Source: a virus
Direction: 5' to 3' (one strand)
Virus record (IMG/VR): IMGVR_UViG_3300002835_000047
Coordinates: 32,001-96,000 of that record
DNA: 64,000 nt
In this document: positions 1 to 10,381 of the stretch, piece after piece
How the letters are laid out: the number at the start of each line of letters is the position of its first letter
How positions within the stretch are numbered: the stretch's first letter is position 1
Position numbers and translations under genes: made by a program
Notes under the pieces: generated by a model
What the model was told of the DNA's origin: nothing
Databases searched by the model: none
Seen by the model: only the letters and a program-made list of their open reading frames with translations

Positions 1-129
1 AGAAATAATGCACTTAGTTTTGTTAACACACCTAATTTTAAAGAACTACAAGAAGTTTGGATGTTGAATAGAAAAGCTCAATATCACAAATATTATAATA
101 TGTTTAGGAGTTATCCTGTAAGAAACTAA
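1..129 (+). CDS. 3' end of a virion tail tubular/ring protein gene (partial)
   Basis: Frame 1 is open from base 1 (RNNALSFVNTPNFKELQEVWMLNRKAQYHKYYNMFRSYPVRN) to TAA at 127-129, 3 nt before the muzzle gene; position matches crAss-like tail gene order. Confidence 0.5.
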   Translation, partial: RNNALSFVNTPNFKELQEVWMLNRKAQYHKYYNMFRSYPVRN

Positions 130-132
130 GAA

Positions 133-3100
133 ATGGCAAAACAACAGTCTACAAATTCATCCGGTGCTTATACTAACGCCTTTACAAAAGGCATGCTTAA
201 GGATATAAGCGGATCTTTTGAACCAAATAGTAATTGGTCGCATGCTAGAAATGTAATTTTAAATTCTATTGATGGCGACTTTGGAACTATAGGTAATGAA
301 CCTGCAACTTTAGCTTGTGGTGTAGTTCCCTATACTATTATTGGTTTTATTCACAAAAGAGCTGACCAGTGGTATGTTTTTTCAACTGATGACATTTCTT
401 CAGAAATTGGTTTTTATGATGAGAGTACTTGTGCTTATACTACTATTGTAAATGCACCGTGTTTAAACTTTAACCGGAAGTATTTAATAACAGGAGCTGC
501 AAAAGAAAATTTTGATTGCACTTGGCAAATTTATTTTGATGATTCCAATAATCCATCTAGAACACTAAATGTTGATAATATTCCTTGGGTTAAAAGAGAT
601 GTTTCAATACCCGGGGATACTTGTAAGATTTATGAAGATACTACAGTTTTAGATTGTGAAAAATTAAGACTGGCTCCTTTACTAAACACTCCATGTTTAA
701 CGCTAACTAAAGCAACTGATGGAGGACTACTTAGAAATGGTATGTACCAAGCGTTTATTGCGTACATGGATAATGATGTTGTTGTTACAGATTATATTGG
801 AATTTCAAACATTCAGAGTTTATTTGATCATAATTCAAATTCTGGTTCTTTAAGTATTGAGTTAAAAAATTTAGATCAAAATTTTGATAATTACCAACTT
901 GTAATTTTGTCAAACAATCAGCAACAGTTTGTAGCAAAAAAAGTTGGGAAATACAGTACTCAGCAATCTAAGGTTACAATTGACTTTATTGACCCAGCTT
1001 TAGAGTCTGTTCCTTTATCTTCACTTTTTATTAGAAAGCCTGCATATGAAAAGTCAGATGCAATGTATGTTGTAAATGACTATTTAATACGGAAAGGTCC
1101 TACAGAACAATTTGATTTTAATTATCAACCTTTAGCAAATAAAATTAAAGCTAACTGGGTTGTTGCTGAATATCCTGCTGATTATTATTACAATAGCGGT
1201 AATAAAACTTCATTTATGCGTGATGAAGTATATTCATTTTTTATAAGATGGATTTACAATACCGGTGAAAAAAGTAAGTCTTATCATATTCCAGGTAGGT
1301 ATCCAAAAGTAAATGGTACAAATCAGTATAATGAAGTTATTAATGAAACAGCTCAGGTTAGTTCTATAAATTCTATTAAGGGACCAAACTATAACTTTGA
1401 AATTTACGACACATCTACAGTTCTAACAGTTGCTGCAACTAACTTACCTGATGGTGGAAGAATTATTGGTTCTGGTGAAATGGGCTATTGGCAATCAACT
1501 GAAAGATACCCATCCACAAATCCTGAGATCTGGAATTCCACATATGTTAGTTCATCAGGTGTAAACATTGGTGGTACAACAAATACACAATTTGATTTGT
1601 GCGGTAAACCAATTAGGCATCACAAAATGCCCACGGAAGAAAGAAGTCCGGTTTTAAGATTATATGATGACACCACTGATTCAATAAGAATTTTGGGAGT
1701 TAAGTTTTCAGATATTGAACGTCCTAAATTTAATGATGGTACATATATTCCTAATATTATAGGTTATGAAATTTTAAGAGGTTCTAGAGAAGGGGCTAAA
1801 TCTATTTTAGCAAAGGGTGTATTTAGAAACATGCGCAAGTACACTATTCCTAATAGTACCGGTAATCTACAAGGTCTTTATCCAAACTATCCATATAATG
1901 ATTTAAGATCTGATATTTACTTTCATGATGGAACTAATGGGCAAGCTCCTGCGAAAAGAACAGACGGTTGTGATTCTTTAACTGATTCAATTAATAATTA
2001 CCAACCATTAAAGGGTTTTACAAAAAATGTTTTTACATTTCATTCTCCGGAATTAATGTTTAAAGATCTTTACTTAAATGCAAGTGAAGCTCGTTTATAT
2101 GGTGATCTAAGTGGTATAGCGCAAGGTACTTTTGTTAAGTCTGAAAAACACCCTCAGTTTAAATTGTTGAGGAACGTTGCTGCAGTTCTTGCTGGAATTT
2201 TAGGTATTGGTTATGCAGTTAATGCAATTAATGGATTTAGAAAGACAAAAATAAATTATGGGTATGCTGATAGTAGTGCTGAAGGTTTTACTTTTTCTGG
2301 TCCTGCTGGTAGCACTCCTGGTGTAAATTATTTACCCAATAAAGGAGCTCAAGCTGCAGCAATAGCCACTCAAGCAAACACTTATTTGTTAGGGTTAGTC
2401 GCAGATGATGGCCCGGCTCTTACTATTGCTCTCCCGTTGCTTGGCGGGAACAATGGTAGAAGTCTGCTTAATGCAACTCAGGCTGGTATTCAAGCTCAAA
2501 TAGGAACTATTCCAATGATGGTTGGTGGCAGCATGGATAAAGAATTTGAGATAAAGGATGAAGCTGGTGGCATACCTAATTCACTTCAACTTGCCCTTGG
2601 TTGGATAACAAGTAGACAAAAAATTGCAGAGGGTGCTCAGAAAATAATTGATGTTCTTTACAATTTTGTTAAGCCATCTGACTTTGCCTATAAATATAAT
2701 TCACATGCTGATATTTTTAAGTTTCAACCAACTAGTAATGGTGAGAGATATCGGGATGAAATTCTTGATCAAAATTATATAGGTTCTTCATTTCAACTTT
2801 TTGATGGTATGTATAAGATTAATAACTTGTATAGGCCAAAAACGGTTGCTATATCTATCAAAAATGAATTCAATACTCCCCTTATTACAGACAGATCCAG
2901 GTTTGTTATAGGTGGTGAAGAAAACAACGGTAGGGTTACAGAAACTGATTTTTATTTAAAAGCGCCTGAAGTAAATAGAGTATCTGATGTTTCAATGAGA
3001 TACGGCGCTTTAAAATTTAATTTCCAAAATCAATATGGTCAATTAGAAGGAATTAAACAATCCGTTATGCGTGGTTGTATTTATTTGACTAATACATCAT

Positions 3101-5577
3101 CAGATAAATTTTCAACTGACGAAATATTTGCCGGTGACACTTATGTTGGACGCTACACTGAAAAAGTTATCATGCCTATTTTTTCAGATTTCTTATTTGG
3201 TCAACCTGATGAATATACATATGATTATCTAAAACGTGTTAACATACCTTATCCTAGATTTTGGATAAATTCTCAAAAGTTTGACACCATGAACTTAGCA
3301 AATGAAATTGCTACGTTAGGTCTTGCTAATTCACAGAATGTTACTTTACCGAATGATCTTTTTTATTTAGATAGAGGTAGTAATAGTTGTGGCGGATTAA
3401 TAAACTTTTTTTTGAACGGAGATCCTAATCCGGCTTTTGCAATGAGGTATGCATATATGTACACTCATTGTAATGGAATTTTAGATTTTTTTGTTGAATC
3501 TGAAATTAATCTAGCTCAAAGAGATTGGGAAGAAATACCTTCTGGTAGGCATTATGATTCATATAGTTATAATGATGTTGATGATTTATTTGATGCATCT
3601 ATTATAAAAAAGGATAATGTTTTCAAGTATGATTATTCTTTAAGTGCTAGCAGATTCATAACTAATTTAACATCTTTTGGAGAAATACAATCTAGAGATT
3701 ATAATCCTGAAGTTGCTGAAAAGTGTTTTAGTTATTATCCTAGCCGTTTGATATATTCATTGCAAGCTCAAAATGAAATTAAGAAGGATTTTTGGCGAGT
3801 TTTTTTACCAAATAATTATAAAGACTTTAGCCAAATAACTACAATAAAACCAATTAATCAAACCGGCGCTATTATATTCTTTCCGTATAAGTCACCCCAG
3901 TTGTTTCAAGGTGTTGATGCATTACAAACAGATTTAGGTGTAAAACTTGTAATTGGTGATGGAGGTTTATTTTCACAACCTTTGCAAAATATAACCAATT
4001 CGGATTTGTCAAATGAATACGGTTCTTGTGAAAATGCAAGATCTGTTGTTAATACACCTTATGGTTTATTTTACATTTCACAGGAACAAGGTAAGATATT
4101 CATGTATCAAAATTCTTTAGTTGACATTTCAAACTATGGAATGATTACTTGGCTTTCTAAATACTTACCTTCAATTCTTAAGAGTCAATTCCCTGAAATT
4201 GAAGACACAGTATTATATGATAATCCAGTAATTGGGATTGGTTGTCAGTCTGTATATGATATCAATTATGATATTGTTTATTTCTCTAAGAAAGACTATA
4301 GTGTAAAACCTGAGTTTAGAGAAAATATGACGTTTAATCCATTGACTAATTTATTTAGTTACACATATGAATCTGGTATATCATTGAGTGTTTCAGTGGG
4401 TGATCCTCAGTTTTTTGATGATGTTTCTTGGACTATTTCTTTTAGTCCTAAATCTAAAGCCTGGGTTTCTTTTCATGATTGGTTTCCTGAGTTATCAATT
4501 CCAAGTACTAATCATTTTTTAACCACAAAAACAACTACATTAAAACAACCATATTGCCCACCAGGTTACACATATAATATTTCTACAAACAGTTGTGAAA
4601 AGATTATTAATCAATCTTCTCCAGCTATAGTTTCTGTTCAAGAATTACCAGCAACTATAGTTGGAAATAATTGCAGTTGCCCAACTGGTTACACGATAGT
4701 TTATCCTAATACAAGTTCAACTCCTATTAGATATACTATGCCAAATGGTTTATGTTCATCTTTAGAAGGTAAAAAACCAATTTGCAGAAAAGTCACTTGC
4801 AATTGTCCACCATCTCCTGTTTCTTGGGCAACAACTACTACTACCGGTGAGTGTGATAATCTATATTTAACTGGCCCTAATGGAGATCCAAATTATGTAA
4901 ATAGTAATCCTTTAATATGTAATTACTTTACTTTAGATAGTGTTGTTCCAAGTTTAACAGGTGGTACTATTTGGAGGCATAATTATCGTTGTGATCTTTA
5001 TTCTAATTACTATAATGTAAACTATCCTTGGGAAATTGAGTTTACAGAAACTACAGGGCAAACGGTTACAACATTAAGAAATGTTGAATATCAATTAGAA
5101 TCCTATGTATATAAAGGTGACTTGCACAATGGATGCGGTGATGACAGGTGGCATGATTTAGATTTTAATTTTGATGAAGCAATTATTTATAATACAGAGC
5201 AAGTTTCTGGTTTGTTAAAACTAGAACTTAATGCTAAAGAAAATCCTTATTTAAATTTAAACTATCCTTTAATTGGACCAAATGATATAAAAATACTTTA
5301 CACTAAAGAAGAGCAGAAGTATAGATTTAATCAATTTTGGGACATAACTAAGGATCGTGGTGAATTTACAAATGCTGAGGAGCCAATCTTTATTACAAAA
5401 TTAAATGGTTATATTAAAGAATTAAATGCCGTTAATTTAGATTATCAAAAGTCTGCAGATCAAAGAAAGAAATTTAGACATTACTACAATAAAATATTTT
5501 TAAGAAAAAATGTTTCGGGTAATAGAAAAATGCTATTGAAGGTATTTAATACTAAATTTTTAAATTCGCCTAGGTAA
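133..5577 (+). CDS. Tail stabilization / muzzle protein (crAss-like), 1814 aa
   Basis: N-terminal NAFTKGMLKD, beta-rich propeller-like composition, C-terminal AWVSFHDWFP and NYYNVNYPWEIE blocks typical of crAss-like stabilization proteins; directly upstream of cargo/ejection genes. Confidence 0.75.
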   Translation: MAKQQSTNSSGAYTNAFTKGMLKDISGSFEPNSNWSHARNVILNSIDGDFGTIGNEPATLACGVVPYTIIGFIHKRADQWYVFSTDDISSEIGFYDESTCAYTTIVNAPCLNFNRKYLITGAAKENFDCTWQIYFDDSNNPSRTLNVDNIPWVKRDVSIPGDTCKIYEDTTVLDCEKLRLAPLLNTPCLTLTKATDGGLLRNGMYQAFIAYMDNDVVVTDYIGISNIQSLFDHNSNSGSLSIELKNLDQNFDNYQLVILSNNQQQFVAKKVGKYSTQQSKVTIDFIDPALESVPLSSLFIRKPAYEKSDAMYVVNDYLIRKGPTEQFDFNYQPLANKIKANWVVAEYPADYYYNSGNKTSFMRDEVYSFFIRWIYNTGEKSKSYHIPGRYPKVNGTNQYNEVINETAQVSSINSIKGPNYNFEIYDTSTVLTVAATNLPDGGRIIGSGEMGYWQSTERYPSTNPEIWNSTYVSSSGVNIGGTTNTQFDLCGKPIRHHKMPTEERSPVLRLYDDTTDSIRILGVKFSDIERPKFNDGTYIPNIIGYEILRGSREGAKSILAKGVFRNMRKYTIPNSTGNLQGLYPNYPYNDLRSDIYFHDGTNGQAPAKRTDGCDSLTDSINNYQPLKGFTKNVFTFHSPELMFKDLYLNASEARLYGDLSGIAQGTFVKSEKHPQFKLLRNVAAVLAGILGIGYAVNAINGFRKTKINYGYADSSAEGFTFSGPAGSTPGVNYLPNKGAQAAAIATQANTYLLGLVADDGPALTIALPLLGGNNGRSLLNATQAGIQAQIGTIPMMVGGSMDKEFEIKDEAGGIPNSLQLALGWITSRQKIAEGAQKIIDVLYNFVKPSDFAYKYNSHADIFKFQPTSNGERYRDEILDQNYIGSSFQLFDGMYKINNLYRPKTVAISIKNEFNTPLITDRSRFVIGGEENNGRVTETDFYLKAPEVNRVSDVSMRYGALKFNFQNQYGQLEGIKQSVMRGCIYLTNTSSDKFSTDEIFAGDTYVGRYTEKVIMPIFSDFLFGQPDEYTYDYLKRVNIPYPRFWINSQKFDTMNLANEIATLGLANSQNVTLPNDLFYLDRGSNSCGGLINFFLNGDPNPAFAMRYAYMYTHCNGILDFFVESEINLAQRDWEEIPSGRHYDSYSYNDVDDLFDASIIKKDNVFKYDYSLSASRFITNLTSFGEIQSRDYNPEVAEKCFSYYPSRLIYSLQAQNEIKKDFWRVFLPNNYKDFSQITTIKPINQTGAIIFFPYKSPQLFQGVDALQTDLGVKLVIGDGGLFSQPLQNITNSDLSNEYGSCENARSVVNTPYGLFYISQEQGKIFMYQNSLVDISNYGMITWLSKYLPSILKSQFPEIEDTVLYDNPVIGIGCQSVYDINYDIVYFSKKDYSVKPEFRENMTFNPLTNLFSYTYESGISLSVSVGDPQFFDDVSWTISFSPKSKAWVSFHDWFPELSIPSTNHFLTTKTTTLKQPYCPPGYTYNISTNSCEKIINQSSPAIVSVQELPATIVGNNCSCPTGYTIVYPNTSSTPIRYTMPNGLCSSLEGKKPICRKVTCNCPPSPVSWATTTTTGECDNLYLTGPNGDPNYVNSNPLICNYFTLDSVVPSLTGGTIWRHNYRCDLYSNYYNVNYPWEIEFTETTGQTVTTLRNVEYQLESYVYKGDLHNGCGDDRWHDLDFNFDEAIIYNTEQVSGLLKLELNAKENPYLNLNYPLIGPNDIKILYTKEEQKYRFNQFWDITKDRGEFTNAEEPIFITKLNGYIKELNAVNLDYQKSADQRKKFRHYYNKIFLRKNVSGNRKMLLKVFNTKFLNSPR

Positions 5578-7856
5578 TGAAAAAAAATTCACTTTTAAAT
5601 TTTTTATCTGATACTGGGTATAAACGTAATAGCCCGGATGTTAACCGGCCATTAAATGTTATCCCTTCTGGTAGAATTACAATGCAAGATGTTGACTTTC
5701 CTGTGAGGGGTGTTGATAACTTGGGTAATGAAATGTTTATGATGCCTGGGGGAGAGTATTTCTTTCCAGGCGATTATGTTGTAGAAACACCTATGATGCA
5801 ACGTGGAGGATTAACATTTCAACAGTATTACACACCTGCTGCTGAATCTACAGGTGCAAACTATACACCAACAATGACTGTGCAAGCTGCTGAAAGACTT
5901 AAAGCAATACGTGATGCTCAGGAGTTGGCTAGAAGAAAACAGGCAATACAAGCTAGTCAAGCAGCAGCTTCAAGATCTTTTAGAGAACGTTTGACACCAG
6001 AAAACTTAGCTCAAGAAACTGGTGCTACCGGTGATAAACTCAGATTCTTTCCAAATGACCCTGATAGTTTTATTGATGACTATCTAAACCCCTTAAAAAT
6101 GGTGGGAGATATGGCATCTGGTTTAGGGAGAATCCCGCTTAATGTAAAGCAAGGTAACTATGGTGCCGCAGCACTAGATGTTGCAATCCCTTTAACAATA
6201 GGAGCATTAGCAGGACTTGGCACAAAGAGTGCTGGACAGTTTGTAAACAACCTGGCAAATCCTCTGGCAGGTACTGGTCAGTTTTTGACAACAAAAACTC
6301 CTTTAAGAAATGTTTACAACTTAATTCCTGAAGGAACTTTTCCTGGATACTCAAAGTTGAGAAATGCTGATAAATCATACAGAGTTGCGGGCATGGATGC
6401 TTACGATGACTTTGTTGAAAGTGGAATACTTAGGTCTAATACACCTGATATGCCTGTAGGTGCCAGTTTAGAAGAAAGAATGATGGGGGCTCGTCCTACA
6501 GGGTTTCCTTCTTTTCAAAAAGGGTTTGCAGATTTAAGATATTTGCCAGATAATGGAGGTGTTGTTTTTGAAACAGGCTTGCCCACCTTTAAAAGAGGTG
6601 AAATAAACCCCGTTACCGGACAACGTATAAGAGGCAGACACTACGCACACAGGGTCATTGACCCAAACACAGGTGCTACTATGTCAAATATACCTGGAGA
6701 AAACATTTCTGTATATGAAAGTTTCCCACATTGGTTAAGAGGTTATAAAGAAATTCCTAAACCTGCATCTAGTGAAAGTGTTGGAAATATATTTTTTAAA
6801 AAAAAACCGCTTCCTGATTGGGTCATTAAACAAATGAGATATTTAAGTTTACCTGAATTAAACAATCCACAAGCTTCTGAAGTTTTAGAAAATTTTAGAA
6901 TAAGAATTGGTACACCAGAAGGAAAAAAAAGATTAAAAGAATTGGGGATTACAGATACTAAAGTTTTTGATAATTTAAAAATAATTGCAAATAAAGAAAC
7001 ATTAGGCGAATATTGGCTTAATAGAATTGCATTACATCCAGAATTACCTGAAGTTAGAAATGTTACTAGACATGAGATAGAACATGGTGTACAGGATGCT
7101 GTGCAGCAAGCAAGAATGAATAAGTTTAATCGTGATCATTATGATTATTTTAAATATTTGTTTAGTCCCAAAAAAGCAGCTGCAGCACACGCTAAAGCTT
7201 TAAAACCTACTTCAGATATAGACGATATATTAAGTGGTTTAGAGTTAAGAAAAACACCCCAAAAAGTTGATTGGAATACAGTTAAATCAGTAAGAGAAAC
7301 ACCAGAACCACATAGATTATTTGAATATATGTCTGACAAAAAAGGTGCAACAAACTATTTTGATTCAGGATCACAAGGAAAAGAAAAATCCGCTTTTCTT
7401 GCGGAAGTTCAACAATATATGATGGATCAAGGAACTATTCCAAAAACTTCATACATAGATATTACTCCAGAAATGGTTAGGAATACTTTTATAGATTCTA
7501 GGTTTGACACAGAAGGTGTGGGTAAAATTTTAAGACTGTTTAATATAATGAAACCCACACAAAATAATTATAAATTAATTTCTAAAGGATTAAATAAAAT
7601 GTTGAGTATAGCACCATATGCTGTACCAGCGGCAATGAGCGTAAAAGCATTACAAGAAACACCTCAATATCAAAAAGGTGGTCAGCAGGTTGGAACAGAT
7701 ATATTGGATAAATATAAAAGCTATATTATGGGTGATTATAAACCAGAAGAAGAAAAAGATTTGAAAAATACTTATGATAAATTAAATAGACACTATTATA
7801 AAAAGGCAAAAGAAACCGGTAAATCTGTGCCAAATTATATTATGTCTTTATTGTAG
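5577..7856 (+). CDS. Mosaic virion cargo protein with zincin-like HExxH module, 759 aa
   Basis: N-terminal GRITMQDVDFPV...MQRGG block, HEIEH at 7071-7085, YQKGG near C-terminus; start overlaps the upstream stop (TAATG); no Cys. Confidence 0.6.
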   Translation: MKKNSLLNFLSDTGYKRNSPDVNRPLNVIPSGRITMQDVDFPVRGVDNLGNEMFMMPGGEYFFPGDYVVETPMMQRGGLTFQQYYTPAAESTGANYTPTMTVQAAERLKAIRDAQELARRKQAIQASQAAASRSFRERLTPENLAQETGATGDKLRFFPNDPDSFIDDYLNPLKMVGDMASGLGRIPLNVKQGNYGAAALDVAIPLTIGALAGLGTKSAGQFVNNLANPLAGTGQFLTTKTPLRNVYNLIPEGTFPGYSKLRNADKSYRVAGMDAYDDFVESGILRSNTPDMPVGASLEERMMGARPTGFPSFQKGFADLRYLPDNGGVVFETGLPTFKRGEINPVTGQRIRGRHYAHRVIDPNTGATMSNIPGENISVYESFPHWLRGYKEIPKPASSESVGNIFFKKKPLPDWVIKQMRYLSLPELNNPQASEVLENFRIRIGTPEGKKRLKELGITDTKVFDNLKIIANKETLGEYWLNRIALHPELPEVRNVTRHEIEHGVQDAVQQARMNKFNRDHYDYFKYLFSPKKAAAAHAKALKPTSDIDDILSGLELRKTPQKVDWNTVKSVRETPEPHRLFEYMSDKKGATNYFDSGSQGKEKSAFLAEVQQYMMDQGTIPKTSYIDITPEMVRNTFIDSRFDTEGVGKILRLFNIMKPTQNNYKLISKGLNKMLSIAPYAVPAAMSVKALQETPQYQKGGQQVGTDILDKYKSYIMGDYKPEEEKDLKNTYDKLNRHYYKKAKETGKSVPNYIMSLL

Positions 7857-7903
7857 ATAATGCTGACTCAAACCTTATTAATATTATAAATTACACGTAT
7901 TTG

Positions 7904-7916
7904 TTTGTATATTAGT
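7904..7916 (+). promoter_or_regulatory. Putative late promoter motif TTTGTATATTAGT
   Basis: Intergenic, 30 nt upstream of ATG 7947; identical 13-mer at 40813-40825. Confidence 0.45.
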
Positions 7917-7946
7917 ATTAACCGCTCTTTTAAATAAAGTATAAAT

Positions 7947-10379
7947 ATGATTGTTGATCCTTTTAGTTATTATAATAATTTGTATTCTCAGAGTGGTACT
8001 TTGAAAAAAAAATACCAGGAAGGTGGTTCTAATGGGTATGAATCTGAAGATTCTTTAAAAAGTCAGGTGTCAGAAATGATTGAATCTGGTGAATCACCAA
8101 AAACTGTTGCTGCATATCTTTCTCAAATTGGTTTAAGCGAATCAGAGATTAAGGATATGTTTTCTGAATACGGCTATTCAGATAGTGACTTAGAAGAGCT
8201 TTTTAATTCAGAGGAAGAAACTGATGATTTAGAAGAAAGTGATGAGTCAGAAGAAACTAAAGAAGATGAATCAGATTCTGATTATTCAGAAGATTCTTCC
8301 GGTTCTGATGTTTCGTTTGGTTTATTTGGTAATGATCTTCCTGAAGCTCAGTATGGTAATGGAGCAAATCCATTGACCATAGATCAATTTATGAATTTTG
8401 TTAATGGTCAAGATGGGTATGTGCAAAATCCAATTGCGGATTATTTACCAATGGATTTAGCATCAAAAAGTAATATTGCAGGTGCGGCGTTTGCTTTAGC
8501 TAATAGTGCTGCAGGTTTATTTAGCGGAAAAACAGATCCAGCAACCGGTTTAAAGCAAGGTTTTTTTAGAGATTTAAAAGTCAAAAGAGAAAGACAAAAG
8601 GAAATTGCACCTTATTATTATGATTATAAAGTGAATATAAACGCGGGTGATACAAATCAATATGCCGCAGATATTAATGATTTATATAGTGCTGCTAAAA
8701 ACAAAGGTCCGCTTAGAACCAAAGATGAATATATTGCAGATGAATTGCAATATTCAAGAATAGCCCCTGGTGCTAAGCCAGATACATATAATTTTATGTA
8801 TCGTAATAGACCAATAAATGAGAATCTATACAATGATGCACAAAGAAAAAAACTAAACCAATTTATAGAAAATAGCATTCCAGCATCAGAACCACTTATT
8901 AATGTACCTGAATACAGTTTACCTAAAGCTCAAATTGGAGGTTTGGGCGCACCACTAGGACTTAATTGGTCACCTAGGTTTGTAAGATCTAGTGAATCAA
9001 ATTCAAATGATGAGTTTGAAGATTCTGTAGAAAAAAGAATTTATATAGAGGACCCTAGAAAAATAAATGCTACAACTGGTAAAAAAATAAATCCCAATAA
9101 AGATTTGTTTAGTGGTGAATATGATCTAACTGTTATTAATGATCTTTTAAAGAGATCAAAGTTAGACGGTCTTAGTAGAGAAGATGCTTATAATTTATTA
9201 GCAATGGGATTGCAAGAAACAAATCTTGGTAAAACAGATTCTAACATTGGACATGTACGTCAAGGTACTAAAGAAGAAACTGATTATATTGCTGGTTTTG
9301 CAAAAGCTTACCGGGATAAAATGCAATATGCGGATAGATTGAAGATTAAAGATCCAGCGCTTAGGCTACAGGTTTATAATGGTTTAGGTATGGTTTATCC
9401 GGATACAGAAAAGAAATACCATACTTTTGAAATGAAAAATGTGTATGGTGTACCTGTACCTAAATCTGGTATAAACATGCGTAAAAATCCTTTATATGGA
9501 AAAAGAATTATTGATCTAAGGGATAATGTTTTGATGAAGAACAAAGAATTAAAAAGTATTGTAGATCAATATTACAGTCCTAAAATGCAAACAGGTGGTC
9601 AACCTGTTACATTTGATGAATGGGTTAATAGTGCCCCAAATGCCATGGAGCGCATGTTTAGAAAAAACGATCAAGTGGGTTATAATAATTATGTAAATGA
9701 TTTAACTAAAACTTTGAATACACCTGAAGTTGATACAAATCAAACCAGCTTTGTGCAAAACTTAGGACCTTTTCCTGAGGAGCTTATGGTTGATACAGCG
9801 CCTAATGCTAAAATGCTTACGCCTATAGATGTAAAGGATAAAGCTATTAATCCTAGTTTTATGCCTAGTCTTCCGTTTAAACCAGTTCCAAAACCTGAAC
9901 AAGAAATGCTTCCGATGCCTTCTTCAAAGCCTGTAGGAGAGTTTAAACCAAGCCCACTTTTACCCGTGGATAGCCCTAAAGTAAAAATAACAAATAAAGC
10001 TGAGGGTGATTTTAATAGATTTATGGATAGTCGTTTTATGCAGGGTTATGGCAATTTAAGTAATTTTGCTGTTAATGCCGCTGACTTTGCAAATGAAATC
10101 TTTAAAGATAAAAAAAGAAAGAATGCGGAAGGACGGTTATATGATATGACAATGGCAGATAACTATTACAGTTACAATGCTAATCCCATGAATAAAAAAG
10201 GAACTTGGGATGTTAATACAGGTTTACAGGAGCAAAATAATTATACAAACTATCAAATGTTTCAAGAGGGTGGAATGTATAAAGGAAGTAATACTAATCA
10301 ATATGCTGAGATTTTAGATTTAGATTCTGACTCAATAGCTGAATTGATTTCATTGGGGGCTAACATTGAAATACTATAA
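7947..10379 (+). CDS. Virion cargo protein with acidic N-terminal tract and lysozyme/lytic-transglycosylase-like module, 810 aa
   Basis: Asp/Glu/Ser-rich tract ~8150-8320; LLAMGLQETNLG (E424) and YNGLG resemble SLT-like catalytic and C-terminal motifs; five QxGG/QxGN motifs; no Cys. Confidence 0.55.
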   Translation: MIVDPFSYYNNLYSQSGTLKKKYQEGGSNGYESEDSLKSQVSEMIESGESPKTVAAYLSQIGLSESEIKDMFSEYGYSDSDLEELFNSEEETDDLEESDESEETKEDESDSDYSEDSSGSDVSFGLFGNDLPEAQYGNGANPLTIDQFMNFVNGQDGYVQNPIADYLPMDLASKSNIAGAAFALANSAAGLFSGKTDPATGLKQGFFRDLKVKRERQKEIAPYYYDYKVNINAGDTNQYAADINDLYSAAKNKGPLRTKDEYIADELQYSRIAPGAKPDTYNFMYRNRPINENLYNDAQRKKLNQFIENSIPASEPLINVPEYSLPKAQIGGLGAPLGLNWSPRFVRSSESNSNDEFEDSVEKRIYIEDPRKINATTGKKINPNKDLFSGEYDLTVINDLLKRSKLDGLSREDAYNLLAMGLQETNLGKTDSNIGHVRQGTKEETDYIAGFAKAYRDKMQYADRLKIKDPALRLQVYNGLGMVYPDTEKKYHTFEMKNVYGVPVPKSGINMRKNPLYGKRIIDLRDNVLMKNKELKSIVDQYYSPKMQTGGQPVTFDEWVNSAPNAMERMFRKNDQVGYNNYVNDLTKTLNTPEVDTNQTSFVQNLGPFPEELMVDTAPNAKMLTPIDVKDKAINPSFMPSLPFKPVPKPEQEMLPMPSSKPVGEFKPSPLLPVDSPKVKITNKAEGDFNRFMDSRFMQGYGNLSNFAVNAADFANEIFKDKKRKNAEGRLYDMTMADNYYSYNANPMNKKGTWDVNTGLQEQNNYTNYQMFQEGGMYKGSNTNQYAEILDLDSDSIAELISLGANIEIL

Positions 10380-10381
10380 AC

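Noticed and set aside
6792-6808. T6-A9 run as a programmed frameshift site in the 759-aa gene
   Set aside because: Homopolymers are common in this AT-rich genome; the reading frame continues into a coherent zincin module
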